NCBI GenBank assembly: GCA_013265495.1 | Contig: MU057987.1 | Coordinates: 310,001 to 374,000, forward strand | From: Vicugna vicugna | Taxonomy: Eukaryota | Length of the DNA stretch: 64,000 nucleotides | Reading direction: 5' to 3' | Shown: positions 51,180 to 64,000 of the stretch, in pieces | How the letters are laid out: each line of letters starts with the position of its first letter | Position numbering within the stretch: position 1 is the stretch's first letter | The notes under the pieces: model-generated | Database searches by the model: none | What the model was told of the DNA's origin: nothing | The model's input: the letters and a program-made list of their open reading frames with translations, nothing else | Position numbers and translations under genes: made by a program

Positions 51180-53437
51180 CTTAAACCCAGCTCCACATTG
51201 GGAGCACCTGGGAAGCCCGAGGCCGCTGCGCGAGCCCTCTGTTCACGCCCCAGCGATGCTCATTAATTGACCTCAGATGTGGCCTAGGCAGGGCGATGTT
51301 TAAAAAGGTGATTACAATGTGCAGGCAACTTTGAGAATCACCACTGTTGAGAGCAAAGAGCTGCGCCTAATTCCACCCCTGGGACTCCCCAGCAGATCCT
51401 CATTGAGACTAGTGAACCCAGGAGTCCAGGTCCTTCCTTCCTCCTTTTTCTTTCACCATCCCGCAGACTTGCCTTACCTACTTGGCCTCAGCAGTTCCTT
51501 ATGAGCCCTAATAGGGGCAAGGGTTCAACTGGGAGTTCTTTCTGCTTAGCATACCTTTATGAACCTTTCACCCGGATTCACATTTCAATAATGCGAAAAC
51601 AGGTGTTAATTTCACGAATTCTGCAAAACGGTTTCACAGAAAGAAATCAAATCAGTCCAGCCTCTTGCGTCCTATATATGAGCAAAAATAGAACAATTTT
51701 CTAAATAACTTAGTTTTTTCCAACTGTTTCAACATAAACACATCAAATTTTTTTCACTGGAACATAACAACTGAAAATATCTCCCAAAAGAATATTTTCA
51801 GAGGCGCCAGTTTGGACAGCCAAGGCCACACTTTTAAAATATCATTCATGAATCAGTGGATTAAACATGAGTAATAGACATACTATTCTTCATTCACGTT
51901 CTCAAAGACTCATATATATATTTCTCAAGCAATATCTGAGAAATATAATGAAATGGTCCATTTATTTTTTTCCCAAAGAGAAATGATTTGGTAAGCAGCA
52001 TTATCTTGAAAGCAACTAGCTCCTTTTAATACTTATCATGCTTTCCTTGTATTCAGTTTAAATGTCACACATCAGCACCTACAGGTGGGCTGTTGTCAGC
52101 GACCTTTATATTATGTTGAAAAGGCAGCAGGAACTTTTTTTCCCGTATTTGCAAAGAAGTGGGGGGAAAACTTCAGCCCACTCTTTCATTGCCAGGAACG
52201 TTAGCAACCAGAGCTCAGTGTTCCCTGTTATACGACATCACAATCACAGTCAATAAATATTGATGACAAATTCAACAGAACTCCCTGGATCCCTTGAGCT
52301 AACATCCAAATGCATGGGGTAGGGGTGGAAATCTCTTCTTAATAGGTTTTGTATGCACCTCTGCCTCTGCAGAAAATGGTAACCTTAACCTGGGGTCCCC
52401 TGGATTCATAAATAATACAAGAGAAGCATTTATGTCTAAACATAAACTTGTGTCCTAAAGTGTCTCTTTTTAAAAAGTGTGTGTGTATATACACATATAT
52501 TAATATGACGAATTTACCCTTCATTGTAAACTAACAACACAAAAATGGCTGATAATTAAATGCTAATGATTCAAACTGGACGCTTATGTTTTGCATTACT
52601 TGCTTCATAGGGTTAGCATTTAAATGGTCAGCTTTGAAGTTAGCAAACAGCCATTAAGATGCATCAGGGGAGTTCTCAATTTTTTTGCAGTCATTGTTTT
52701 CATCTGGCTGGCTACAGGCTCACCCAAACGGCAGAGATGGGATTTACATAGCGAAGGCTATTTTCGTTAGTGGGAGGGATGAAATCTTTTCTTCCAAATA
52801 AATAAATAAGAGGGATGGTCCTGAGAGGCTAGCATGTGGGAAAAGCTAAATCTTTCGTCCCCCTTCTCTGCCAGCCTTGAGAATTCCATTGTTATTCCCT
52901 CTTTCCCTTGAAGGCTTCAATGCAAATTTTTTAGTTCCCAAGCTTTTGCCTTGTGCGTTGCTCACGGCATCTCAGCCCCCTCTCAAAGGATTCCTTGGAT
53001 ACAGAGCCAACTGTCTACAAGATTCATTATTCTGGACTCTCTGGGGTTAATACCCAAATCCTCTCCCGTGGCAGTACAAGTCTGAGGAGGCATGGAGGGG
53101 AAAAAATTACATGAAAATTCCTAAAGGCATTGTCTATTGAAAAGAGGGCAATAATTAAGAGATAATGTGAAAGGAGAGAGAACATTCTCACAGGATAATG
53201 GTCTCCTGCTGCTACAAGAATGCCGGGGCCAAGCCAGCACCGTTTCTAGAAAATAAATGCCATGGTGAGGGAGGTTAAGACATTTACTTTCAAATCAGAA
53301 AAGCCAGTCCCCTGGCAGAGTCCTGGGAATCCAAAGGATCAAAACTGATTGCTTCATTTTATCCCATAAATATTCTTGCAGAAGAGGGGTGCTTGGTACG
53401 TCATTAGTAGCCTGCAGAGTTAGAGGACCTCTCATTC

Positions 53438-53479
53438 ATAGATAGATAAATAGATAGACAGACAGACAGACAGACAGAC
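53438..53479. repeat. Compound (GATA)n(GACA)n microsatellite
   Basis: atagatagataaatagatagacagacagacagacagacagac. Confidence 0.9.
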
Positions 53480-54623
53480 TCTGGTTCTGTCTTCAGCTGG
53501 TTAAGAAAGATGCTAGTACAGCAAAATCTTTAACAAGGCCATCACTAGACTATGCTCAGAGTGATTCCTACTACTTAATATCAGCCTGCATTCTGCAGAA
53601 GCTTCCTAAGAACAACACCCTTTCCTTTGCTGAATAAGAAGGGAAACTGAAGGACGAAGGATCTAGTAGGGGTCGGGAGGAGGCAGTCTTTATAGTGCAA
53701 TTATCTGAGGGCAAACGGAGCCTTTCAATACCCTCAAATCATACTCGTAAAACTAATTCCAGCGCTGTGGTTCCCGGAGTGAATTGGAAAGGAATTGCAA
53801 TGTTCCTTCATACGACTCTAAATGCAACCCAGATTGTGACGTGGTTGATTAAATATTTTGGACCATCAGTGAAGTGGCACCTCACTTTATTGCTTAAAAG
53901 TCAAACATTCAAACAGGTAAATTTTTTCAAATAAATGATGCAAAAGTTTTATTCCGTCATGTCAGAGAATCGTGGTCAGTGTCACTAGTTCTGCATTTGT
54001 GTGACCTTACATGATCACATTCACCACACACAAAGTTGGAAAGTTACATAAAGACAACAAATATTTGGTATCACTGGTGGTCATTGGGCACATAAATATG
54101 AAAAAGGTACCCTCAAGACATTTGTAACCCACTAATATCTTTGTAGAGGAAGGAAAGGAGAAGGAAAACTGTTCGTATTTTTTTTATCAAAAGGGTGGGA
54201 ATCCAACAGAAAGAAATACAATGAGAACCCAGGTTGGATCAATAAATTCTAGTTAATAAAATCATGGACAGCTTCGTGGAGAGGTATGTGGCTGCCAGGA
54301 GCATAACCAAGTCAGGATCATCACACTATTTAAAGCCCCCAATGTCTTTCCATGTCACTCAAGGTAAAAGCCAAAGTCCTTCCTGTAACCTACAAGGTTC
54401 TACATTAACTTCTCTGAGATTCTTCCCCCCCCCCTTTCTTCTCATTCATTCCACATACCCTGGCCTCTTTGCTACTTTTGGAAAGTGCCTCAGGGCCTTT
54501 ACACATGCAGTTCCCTCTGCCAGAAATGCACTTGCCCCAGGTAGCCACATTCTCACAGCTTGCTACATAACTTTCAGGTCTTAACTTGAGAGTTCCCCTT
54601 TTCAACGAGAACATTCTTGGCAC

Positions 54624-55303
54624 AATTTTTTTTTAATTGAAGTATAGTTGATTTACAAGTTTGTGTTAAATCAAACTAAAATCAAAGTGATTTAGTTATA
54701 CATATATATACATATTCTTTTTCATTATAGGTTATTACAAGATATTGAATACAGTTCCCTGTGCTATAATGTAGGTCCTTGTCATGCATCTGTTTTACAT
54801 ATAGTAGTTTGTATCTGCTAATCCCAAATTCCTAATTTATGCCTTGCCTCAACCTACCTTCCCCTCTGTAACCACAAGTTTGTTTTCTATGTCTGTGGGT
54901 CTGTTTCTGCTTTGTAAATAAGTTCATTTGTCTCACTTTTTTAGATTCTACATGTAAGTGCTGTCATGTGACATTTGTCTTTCTCTGTCTGATTTACTTC
55001 ACTGAGTATGATAATCTCTAGGTCCGTCCATGTTGCTACAAATGGCATTATTTTGTTCTTTTGTATGGCTGAGTAGTATTCCATTGTGTATATGTATCAC
55101 AACTTCTTTATCCAGTCATCTGTTGATGGACATTTAGGTTGCCCCTATGTCTTGGCTATTGTATATGGTGCTGCTATGAACACTGGGGTGCATGTATCTT
55201 TTTGAATTGGAGTTTTCTCCAGATATATGCCCAGGAGTGAGATTGCTAGATCATATAGTAACTCTGTTTTTAGTTTTTTAAGGAACCTCCATACTGTTTC
55301 CCA
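54624..55303 (-). mobile_element. 5'-truncated L1 (3'UTR, about 680 bp)
   Basis: T-run then aattgaagtatagttgatttac ... ccatgttgctacaaatggcattatt ... ttttaaggaacctccatactgttt; reverse translation WETVWRFLKKLKTEL matches the L1 ORF2 C-terminal region. Confidence 0.9.
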
Positions 55304-55415
55304 TTGGCCACTGTTCTCGAAACTAAAATTCTCACCCATCCCCCAACACTTCCTGCTCCCCTTCATGCCCTTTTCTTCTTCCTGTCATTTACCATATTCT
55401 AAACTACTATGTGTT

Positions 55416-55558
55416 AGAATGTGAAAACGAATATATGTACGTGTATGCATGACTGGGACATTATGCTGCACACCAGAAACTGACATGTTATAACTGACTA
55501 CTTCAATAAAAATCTTTTTTAATTTTTTAAATAAATAAAAAATTGTAAATTATAAAAT
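55416..55558 (+). mobile_element. Short L1 3' end insertion with target-site duplication
   Basis: gtatgcatgactgggacattatgctgcacaccagaaactgaca...aactgactacttcAATAAA plus A-rich tail; flanked by aactactatgtgtt (55402-55415) and aactactatatgtt (55559-55572). Confidence 0.8.
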
Positions 55559-58244
55559 AACTACTATATGTTTTTGCTTATTAGCTACATGCCCCTCCCC
55601 CTATTAGAACGAAAGCCCCATAAGGACAGAAACTTTTCTAAGTTTCGTTCAGTTCGAAGAATGCCTGGTTCGTAGTAGGTCATCTTAACTAAGTTCTGAA
55701 ATGAACAGCTTTCTTGTTCTCCTGTTTCATAAGAGGATTTTGCTGTGGGTGCTCTGATTTTCTAGCTGGCGATATAATGCTGTTTTTATAAAATTTCTCC
55801 TGGGAACATTATAGAATGTCTTTATATGGTTTCTTCATATTATTCCATCAGGCTGAAATAGAAACTGTCTTATAATGGAAGCCAATCATTGAATTTTTCC
55901 ATCTGAAAAACAAAGTGTTCAAATAATGATAATCATAATCTGAATAAAAATAGCAGCCATTTAATGCTATGTGCAAGGCAGATTAGTCAGTCAACACTTC
56001 AGCAGATATTTGTGGACTCTCCAATATATGCTAGCCCCTGGAAATTTACAGTAAGAAGTACACATGGTTTTACTCGGTGCTTTAGTCCCCACATAATCTG
56101 ATCCACCTGTGTATTCAATCATCAAATATTTACTGAGCATCTACTATGTGTCAGGCAAGGCAGAATACACCCTCTGTCTTCTACAATATTTTCTTCTACT
56201 CTTCAAAGTCAGAAAGACTAGCCCTCTCATTTCCTTTTAAGTATCCAGGCTGTATTCCTTCCCCCGGCTGTTCCTGGGGTTCTCCCTGGGCAATTCACCT
56301 TTATTCATTCAGACATTTCCCGTCCTGGGAGGCGTCCCAGCCTCCTACAGTCCAGTCTCCTTTCTTTAGCCGTCTTCATCCAGATTTCACTTAAGCCCGT
56401 AACACTTCATCCCACAAGTTACCTGGCTACTCTCTTCCTCTGAACTTGACTTCGCATCAGAATCACCTGGAAGAGTTTTTAATTAGAATTCCAGGCAGTG
56501 ACCCAAGAATAACTGATTTAGACCCAAAGTTGAAAACTAATACCCTCAATTCAAGTAACAAATAATCAGCCTAAATTTAATAAGGATGTGGGTATCATTT
56601 GCTCTACATTACAATCTCATTGGGTAAAACAAGAGGGGATCATTCCACAAAGTGGCAATTTTCACCCCGAACGTTTTTTGCCCACCAATTTAGACAGAAT
56701 CCTGGAAATGTTAGCTAAAACCATATTAAATGTCTGTTAAAGGCCTTCTTCATCCCCTATTTGTCACTGCAAAATAATGAATTTTGTACTACACGAGTAC
56801 CTGTGGTCTCCTATTTCACTCACAGTTCCATTGTTTTTCGGACTGTAAATTTTTTTTTAATTAAGTAAAAGGCATGTTAATAAACAGGGGCATCTAGCTG
56901 TCACTTGCCACCTCTCCTCCAGCGTGACAGGTTTTTAGTGAAAATGGGAAGAGTTTGGGGAACTTACAACACTCAAATCTTAATTTTTATAGCTCTCATA
57001 AGAGTTTCTGGGTACATAGATTTCCTTTCTGTTAAAAGTGTTTTTAGAACAATTGGAAGATAGAGGTTATTTTTAAAGCACTCATTTTTTTTTCAGTAAA
57101 TATTTTTCTTTGAATTGAGGAAATTCTAAGTTCCCTGGAGTGTGGCTATATTCTCATAAATCATCCTGTGATGGATTTTTTGGGAAAGAGGCAGAGAAAA
57201 AAAAGGGAGGTTGGCAGCTTCAGGGTTGACATTGCCTCCTGATCATGACGAAGGAGATCTGGGTTCTAATCAAAACCCTGGGTTCTAACCACACTTCCCT
57301 CATATAGTCCTATCGTGCAGATTTAAAGAATATATGACAATGTACCTAACGCTTAAAAGCTACCCAAAAGGACTTATTCTCTCTATTCCTCTCCATGCTG
57401 TCTCTACTCTACCCACAGTCTTCTTCCTTACATTTTCCATTTATGAACCAAAATTGTCACCTAGCAAATTTTGACATCTGAGATACTCTTTGTATTTAAA
57501 ATATGATAGGCATTCAGAAAAATTATAAAATGATACATTAGTAAAACCAATTTTGAAAAGAAAGAAAGCCTTTACTGATTTACTCTGCAGTAACATGAAA
57601 TAAAATATATTTTCACTTCTTCATCCATCTACTGCACAGAGGGGAGTATAGTCAAAGTGTTCTCATATTTAATTTTTGTGCCACGGTTCCCGTGCTGCAG
57701 GTGCAGACCATGAATCCATGGAACCTCCCTGAACGTTGATACTCACTCTACCATCACCACATCACAAAAACTACGGAAAATTAGATCTAAACTGACATTT
57801 CCAGGTGGCTATCTATCTCAGGGTGTCTTCCACGCATTGATTCTTTTGGCAACAGAAAAATCACAAAACATTCATCTTAAGAAGTCCAACACATGCTCAA
57901 TTTACTCCTAATGTATAGGACTATGAGGAGAGCTGACATTAAAACCAGCGATTTCTCATATTAAGTGGAATATATGAAAAGCGTTCTGTGTTACCATGCG
58001 TACAAGGATGCCTCACTGTCCTGCTCCAATCTCCTCTGGAAATGAAAGGATTATGTCACCCTGTCTTAAAAAAAATGCTCTCTGAATCTACACAGCCCTC
58101 TGGCTTTTTCTGTTAGATTTTACCTTCTTAAACCAGAGTCCATCACTTTCAAATACCAACGGCAATGTCTTGCCACACTGCCTGGCAGTTCTGACACCCA
58201 CATCATTTCTTAGGGGCCTTTAAAAAAACCTCCTCACTTTAGGA

Positions 58245-58354
58245 GGAGGGGTGTAGTTTAGTGGCAGAGTGCTCATCTAGTAAGTGCAAAGTCCTGGGTT
58301 CAATCCCCAGTACCTCCAAAAAAAAAATGAATAAAAATCTAATTATCTCCCCCA
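58245..58354 (+). mobile_element. tRNA-derived SINE, camelid Vic-1-like
   Basis: ggaggggtgtagtttagtggcagagtg (A box), GGTTCAATCC (B box, 58297-58306), cccagtacctcca, A-rich linker, ctaattatctccccc. Confidence 0.8.
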
Positions 58355-59234
58355 CCAGAAGTACACAGCACTGTATGTTAATTACATCTCAGTAAAACTA
58401 GAAGAAAAAAAAAAGGATTGTTTTTAATTAAAAAGAAAAAACCCTGACCATTTTAACTTGTTTTAGGTGTTGTTAAGCTCTTAGGAACTATGGTCCATCA
58501 GGCAGTAGGATCCTTTTGTCTGATGAAGTCTGTAACACTTACTCCCACAGAGAAAACCTGGTTCTGTAGGAGCGGAGTCCACAAGTCACGTAATTATATT
58601 TGAGGGGGAGAGGAGGGAAGGGAGAATTTGGATCGTTCATGAAAGGCCCCTTCAGGATGGACAGAACACAGCAGGATGTCCTGATGGTCATAGGCAGAAC
58701 ATACACAGCTCCAAAAAGCTGGGGTAGAGAACAGACTTGGCCTATTTCAGATTTTGCCCAGGCCTGAGTACCTCCGCCCACCTCACGCACATGTGATGAG
58801 CACCGCCTGTATGCTGGGAGCTTCTATTTCTGCATTTTGTTTCAACCAATTCAGCTTTAGTGGAGGTAAATATTGACCTCAACAGACACTGAAAAAGTCC
58901 ACCTTCATGCTGGAAAAACCATCCTATGGGTAGCAATTGCTAGTCGAGAGCTTTGAAGATTTTTCTAAAGTGTTTTAAACAATATTCTGCCGACAGCAAA
59001 TTGATAAGATGGCCACTCATTACAGGAGATTAATTTCTGCATAAAGAGACCTAGGCTTTTTCCCATTGTCCTTACTGCAGCCCCTCCTGATACCAACCAC
59101 CGACTGAGACCCACAGTCCTGGAGTCCATGCTCAGTCTCCCATAGACCACATCCAAGTCCGTGTCAAGTTCAAATGCTCTTTTCCTCAGTTTTTTCTTTT
59201 TCTTTCTTCTTTCTTCTTTTTTTTTCTGTATTTT

Positions 59235-59400
59235 CATTCCTGTGCTCAGCAAATATTTACCAAGCACTTACAATGTGCCTGGCACTGCTCCAAAACACTG
59301 GGATATGGCAGTGAGCAAACAGACCGAAGTTCTGGCTTACACTCCAGTTGGGGGGAAAGACAAACAAGTAAGTACAATACGGTAATTGATGGCGAAGAGG
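59235..59400. mobile_element. L2 3' end fragment
   Basis: cagcaaatatttaccaagcacttacaatgtgcctggcactgctc...ctgggatatggcagtgagcaaacagac. Confidence 0.7.
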
Positions 59401-60553
59401 ATTGGTTGTGCAGGGCTGGGGGCAAAAGGGGTTAGAATTGGGGGAATGAGGGATGACATGGGGTCTCCAGCTTCCAGGGTGACTGATATAAACATGAATA
59501 GGATCCTGCTCTCCAGATAAATGCTGGTGTAAGTCTAGAAGGGAGGGATGTAGTCCAAGCAGTGTAGTTCACAGTTCTGGAGGCTCTTCTTTATTCTTAC
59601 AAAGGATGACACGGGGACAGTGGAAGGGCCCAGAAAGTGGCCTCCTCGTCTAGAGCCAGGGAGCCAGAGAGCTCTCTGGCTCCCTCCTGCCTCCTTTGTT
59701 GACAGAATCTTTGCTAAATTCCCCGGTGGATTTTTATCCAGATCGTTATCCCCCAGATACATTAAAATAGAAAATGTCCTCTTTAAAACCCCTGCAGAGG
59801 TTACTAAAATTATACCTGCAAGTAAGAAAGCACAAACATTTAAAAGAATTTTAACGTTTGCCGGCTCGCGTCCTCCCGAGGTAATTAAATACTATCCCTA
59901 ACTGACTTTACTCTTTCTTTTTCTTTTAATTCCAAGTGGGCAAGGAAAAAAGAAATCAAATTTCCTGTTTCTGGCATACTGTGATTAAACTGTGTGTTTC
60001 TAACTATAAGCTACCTAGTCAAATGGAGAAAAAAAAATGTGTTAAGTTTTCAAAACACAGCCAACACCACAAAATTATACCCAAGTCCCAGGGAGCAGTG
60101 GCAGGAAGGGGGCTGACTGGGTACCTCGATGAAGGACGAGTGATCTTCCTAATGGGATTACCGGCCGCCATACCCTTCACTGGGACTTTTCTACATGGAT
60201 GCTTTTGCGGACCGTGGGGAGGGAGTATTTGGAGGGAGCTCAGCCTTGGAATTGGCTAACTGATTGTCTGGCTATAAATAAATGTATCCTCAGCAGAACA
60301 AGGAACATGGCGGAGCAACGAGGACAAAACCAGTAGCGTGTACGCGGAGAGATTTTCTGAGTGTGCATGCAGCAGGTAGTATAGAGTTGTGTCCTCATGT
60401 GTCTCTGTAAAGGTTGCAAGTTGCATGGGGTGGGCTGAAATGAAGCCCTTGTTTTGCTATTCACCAAGCCACTTACTCCAGTGAGGAGTCACATCCCACA
60501 TCCGCCAGGGGAGGCAGGTTGGCCCAGATATCATATAGGCTATTGGAAGAAAA

Positions 60554-60580
60554 TGTGTGTGTGTGTGTGTGTGTGTGTGT
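60554..60580. repeat. (TG)13 microsatellite
   Basis: Direct reading. Confidence 0.95.
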
Positions 60581-63500
60581 ATTTCACAACACTTCCCACT
60601 CTCTCCTATATATTCAAACCCTTCCTTTCTCTTGAATATTTCTACTTAGACGGAAAGTATTCTGTTAAGTATGTATGCATTTAAAACTTAACACTTGGCT
60701 TATTCGTTCCTCAAGCCAGTTTCTGTCTCTAATCCTTCTTCGTTCACTGTCCGCAGCACCAGCCCCCTCTTTCCACCCTGCAATCCGCCTCCAGCCGCTC
60801 TGCCAAAACCCCACCTTTCATCCACGCCACTCTTGCCCTGGTTACCAAATTCACCCACCTCTTGGAGGGTCCTTTTTTTCTGCAACATCACATTGCTGAT
60901 CAGCATCTGTTCCCCCCAAATCTTTCCTCTCTGGCATTTTTCATCCTGTTTGTTTTGTTCCCTAGAGCTGCTTTTTCCCTGACCTCACCTCTGGTCTATC
61001 TCCCTGCCTCTGGCCCCTGGAGTGCTCTATTCAGCCTTCTTCTCCGCTCTCTGTCTTCTAGGAAAATACTTTTACTCCCACCATTTAAGTTATCAGACTT
61101 CCAAATAGCTATCAGAAGTTCTGACTTCCGTCTTGAGCCCCAATCCCAAATTGTGTGCCAGACCAACTGGCAAAAAACCAGTCTGATGCAGCTTGCAATG
61201 GGGCCTGGCAAAGGCACTTTTCTCCGACTAGAGTAAGAGCCAAAGCAGCCACAGCCTCACGCCTTTCGTAGGCTGACCAGAAAAGAAAGCTGTGAAGGAG
61301 GAAGATGGGAAAGAAAAGCAGGGGGAAGAAAGAGAGAATGTCACTGAGATGGCGTTGGCTCCCCCTCAGCCCTCCAAGCTTGGTTTCCTACCAACAGCTC
61401 AAAGTTAATCTAGAAGATTTGAACTTGTCATCCTCCATCCCATCCTTAAGCTCTTCTCTCTGGGTACCATGTTTATGTTTATGTCGGTTCATCTTTTGAT
61501 TTGCCTGGGTTCCAAACATCAACACAACTAGTTCCTTTCCATTTTGATCTAATCTATACTTTTTCCATTATATCTTCTCTCCATCCTTATAGCCTTCACT
61601 TTGGTTCCAGTTCCTGCTGCATCCAATGTCTGGACTGTTACTGTCATGCTGTCTAACCAAAGGTTCCACTCCTCTTTTCCATTCTCAGAGGTCTGAACTT
61701 ATATGGATATATTTGAATAAAAGACACAAGTTCTGAAAAGTCTCAAGACAAATAATTAAAACCACGATGTTGAAAATAGTATAATGAAGTTCATGAATTT
61801 GACTGGCAGGCAATTTCATACAGTCAAGCACTGTTTCTGGGTGCCAGTACCAACAAGGGGAACATTACAAATATCCCTCTTTCTATTAAACAGGTACTTC
61901 TCTTGGCTATAAACAGGGTTCATTTATTAATATTTTATATAATTTATGTTTAAGAAATGTGGTTGTAAATATTCATTTGTGACCCAGAGGAGAAAGACTG
62001 GGAAAAAAGCCCACCGGTGGGCAGAAGATTTTGTTCTGGGAGGTGGGGGAGAAATGTACCAACTAAGGAAAGTCTCGGTAAACCAGGAAAGCGTGTTATT
62101 CCGCAGAGGAAACTAGACAAGGCTTGATGTGAGAGAAGAAAGTATGGCGGGGGTGGGGCTATATGTCCGCAGTTAAACAGAAGAGCTCTGTTTCCTCAAA
62201 ATGACCAACACTGAGTGGGAAGAAACCAAATTCAGAGTCCTAAGCAGGAGTCTCGGAACATAAGAAGTCAATGTGAAGATTCTTCTTCCTAGTTAGCAAT
62301 GCTGGACTCTGTAAACACACTCTCCACCAGTGAACTTGGCCCCCGTACGGTGCCTAATGACTAAGGGTGGAAGAGTGCCCTATAAAAAGGGAGTGGCATG
62401 GGGGTCAGTCCTACAAACTCCAGGCACTTCCTTCACATTCTCTGAGAACAATTATAAATTTCAGAGTTAATTAGGGGAAGACAGGTTTATCTGCATCCGA
62501 TTTTCTCTACCAGATTACACCTAGGTGGCCCCTGTCTACGCTTTGGCTCTTGTCTCTCCAACCTCCTTCTTGCTTCTCAGACTCAGCCTTCAGACGTCTT
62601 TCAGCTACTCCATCCCTCCACCACCTCGCTGGGCTTTGTGACTCCGCATGTGATGCTTTCCCTGCCTAGAAATTTACCCCTTTTACCTTCTTAACACTCA
62701 GCTCTCATCTCAAGGCTTAGGTCCTCAAGGCATACACCTGTCTTGCAGACATCCCTGATGCCCTTCTTATGCAAATAGGCTATTTAAATCTCCTGCATCG
62801 TCTAAAGCTATTTAACTACATAACCACACACAGTGCTTTATGTAGTATAAAAGTTTCCAAAAACTTTCTCTAAAAATGAAATTACATGTTCCAAGTGAAG
62901 AGCACTGTTATTTCAAGGATTACATTCTCCTCATTTTTATTGGAATTTGAGTGGCAGTAATTCTTCACACTTTATGTTTCTCAGCTCCAGAATCTTTCTC
63001 TCAGTTCATTAATTACACACAAACTAAGGCTTAAAAGTATTGGAGGAACATCTCTTCAAATCAATATTTAAGTGAATTCTTTTGTTTTAATGAAAGACAC
63101 ATTATTTAAACTTCGTGTGATGATTCTTTGCTAAACAACCCACACATATCTGGGATGTAACGTGCCCTTTCACTGAGAATGTTAAATCAACGTTTCCTTT
63201 TTGCAATGATGACATTCAGATCCAGTTTTCCCTTTTTAAAGTTTTTTTTTCCCCACTCTTACATTGCCAATATTGGAATTGCCACTAACAGATTTTTCAG
63301 GAGTGAGGGTGAAATGATGTGTGAGAGAAAAAAAAATGTGATAGGGAAGTTTGACAAAGTGTTTTAACTAAGCAGAGGCTGAAATTAGAAGCTGGTTATA
63401 TGAGACATAGCAAAGAAGATATGACATTAAATATGCAGCGATACACTGAAACCCTGCTCAAATAATAGCTCATCACAAGTAAAGGTATAGGGGCTATGGT

Positions 63501-64000
63501 TAACAATTCTTTTCCATGAAAAATGAAATAAGAACTAAAATATCAGACACTTTCCTAATCCGAGCCAGAATAATACATTCAAGACTGGAAAAAGGAACAG
63601 ATGAAGGGGGATTTACACAGCCCCAACACGAACCCTGCATGCAAAAAGCCAGACAGACCTCTGGAGCTACAGTTGAACTGTTAGACCTGTTTCTAAAATC
63701 CTGTGATCAAAAGCATGTTATTACCTATATTAGGGAAGATTGATTCATTCACTTTTAATCTCTATTATCTTTTTAGAGAAACAAACAAAAAAAGTCACAA
63801 TACATCTACATCTTGTAGCCACCATCATGAAGAGAATGTGTTTCAGTAATTTCTTTCCATGATGGGTGATGAAAAAAATAGGTTAATTTTATTTGGAGGA
63901 GGAAAAAGCAACTCATCTCAAAATACAGGTGAAGGCAGAAGTCATTTTTGTGGACGGTATACAAAGAAGGAGAAAGGATCCATTAAAAGGCAAACTCTTG

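Larger units (their letters stand above)
50770..51260. promoter_or_regulatory. Small CpG island / Pol II promoter
   Basis: Densest CpG cluster in the window (tctcgcgccc, gctcgcgcaggcgcgcc, gccgctgcgcgag) against a CpG-depleted background; contains the core promoter motifs listed separately. Confidence 0.8.
54290..55705. mobile_element. L2 LINE remnant interrupted by two L1 insertions
   Basis: tcaaggtaaaagccaaagtcctt; cctcagggcctttacacatgcagttccctctgccagaaatgc; resumes ctattagaacgaaagccccataaggacaga...gaatgcctgg. Confidence 0.7.

Noticed and set aside
50855..51266. Overlapping ORFs across the CpG island
   Set aside because: GC-rich, stop-poor sequence gives ORFs in several frames; the minus ORF starts at GTG upstream of the predicted TSS and runs through the donor.
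58245..58320. tRNA gene
   Set aside because: tRNA-like A/B boxes are present, but the cloverleaf is degenerate and is followed by the SINE tail, so it is a SINE.
58790..58895. C/D box snoRNA (GTGATGA ... CTGA)
   Set aside because: No terminal stem or recognisable guide; chance motif pair.
1190..63743. All ORFs in the six-frame track (longest 165 aa at 10912-11409 and 161 aa at 36214-36699)
   Set aside because: No recognisable domains; many start at non-ATG codons or lie inside LTR/L1 repeats; lengths are as expected by chance in mammalian non-coding DNA.
1..64000. Intronic miRNA, CRISPR array, or other prokaryotic-type system
   Set aside because: I recognised no known mature miRNA or long hairpin by eye (not exhaustive; needs Rfam/miRBase search), saw no regularly spaced direct repeats, and the DNA is clearly mammalian.

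Overview
Mammalian nuclear DNA, AT-rich and repeat-dense. It is most likely camelid, because a tRNA-derived SINE matching my recollection of the camelid Vic-1 family sits at ~58.25 kb. I cannot support any protein-coding CDS: the ORF track consists of short, unrecognisable ORFs, many inside repeats. The main structure is a small CpG-island Pol II promoter at ~50.8-51.3 kb firing on the minus strand. It has a TATA-like box 32 nt upstream of a perfect Inr, NRF1-like and BANP/ZBTB33-like motifs, and a 90-nt ATG-less first exon ending in GAG|GTGAGT. Several short candidate internal exons lie downstream on the minus strand (20170-20250, 13758-13855, 11217-11276, 305-363), so positions 1-51 kb look like the mostly intronic 5' part of a long lncRNA or of a gene with a long multi-exon 5'UTR. 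I could not identify the gene. The most notable observations are a candidate recursive splice site at 25900/25901, a perfect NRF2/MAF ARE just upstream of an intronic GTGAGT donor, a MER41-like LTR fused to the promoter CpG island, and an old ERV1 provirus remnant (tRNA-Gln PBS) with nested insertions. Repeat family names come from recalled consensus sequences, not from a database search, and their boundaries are approximate.
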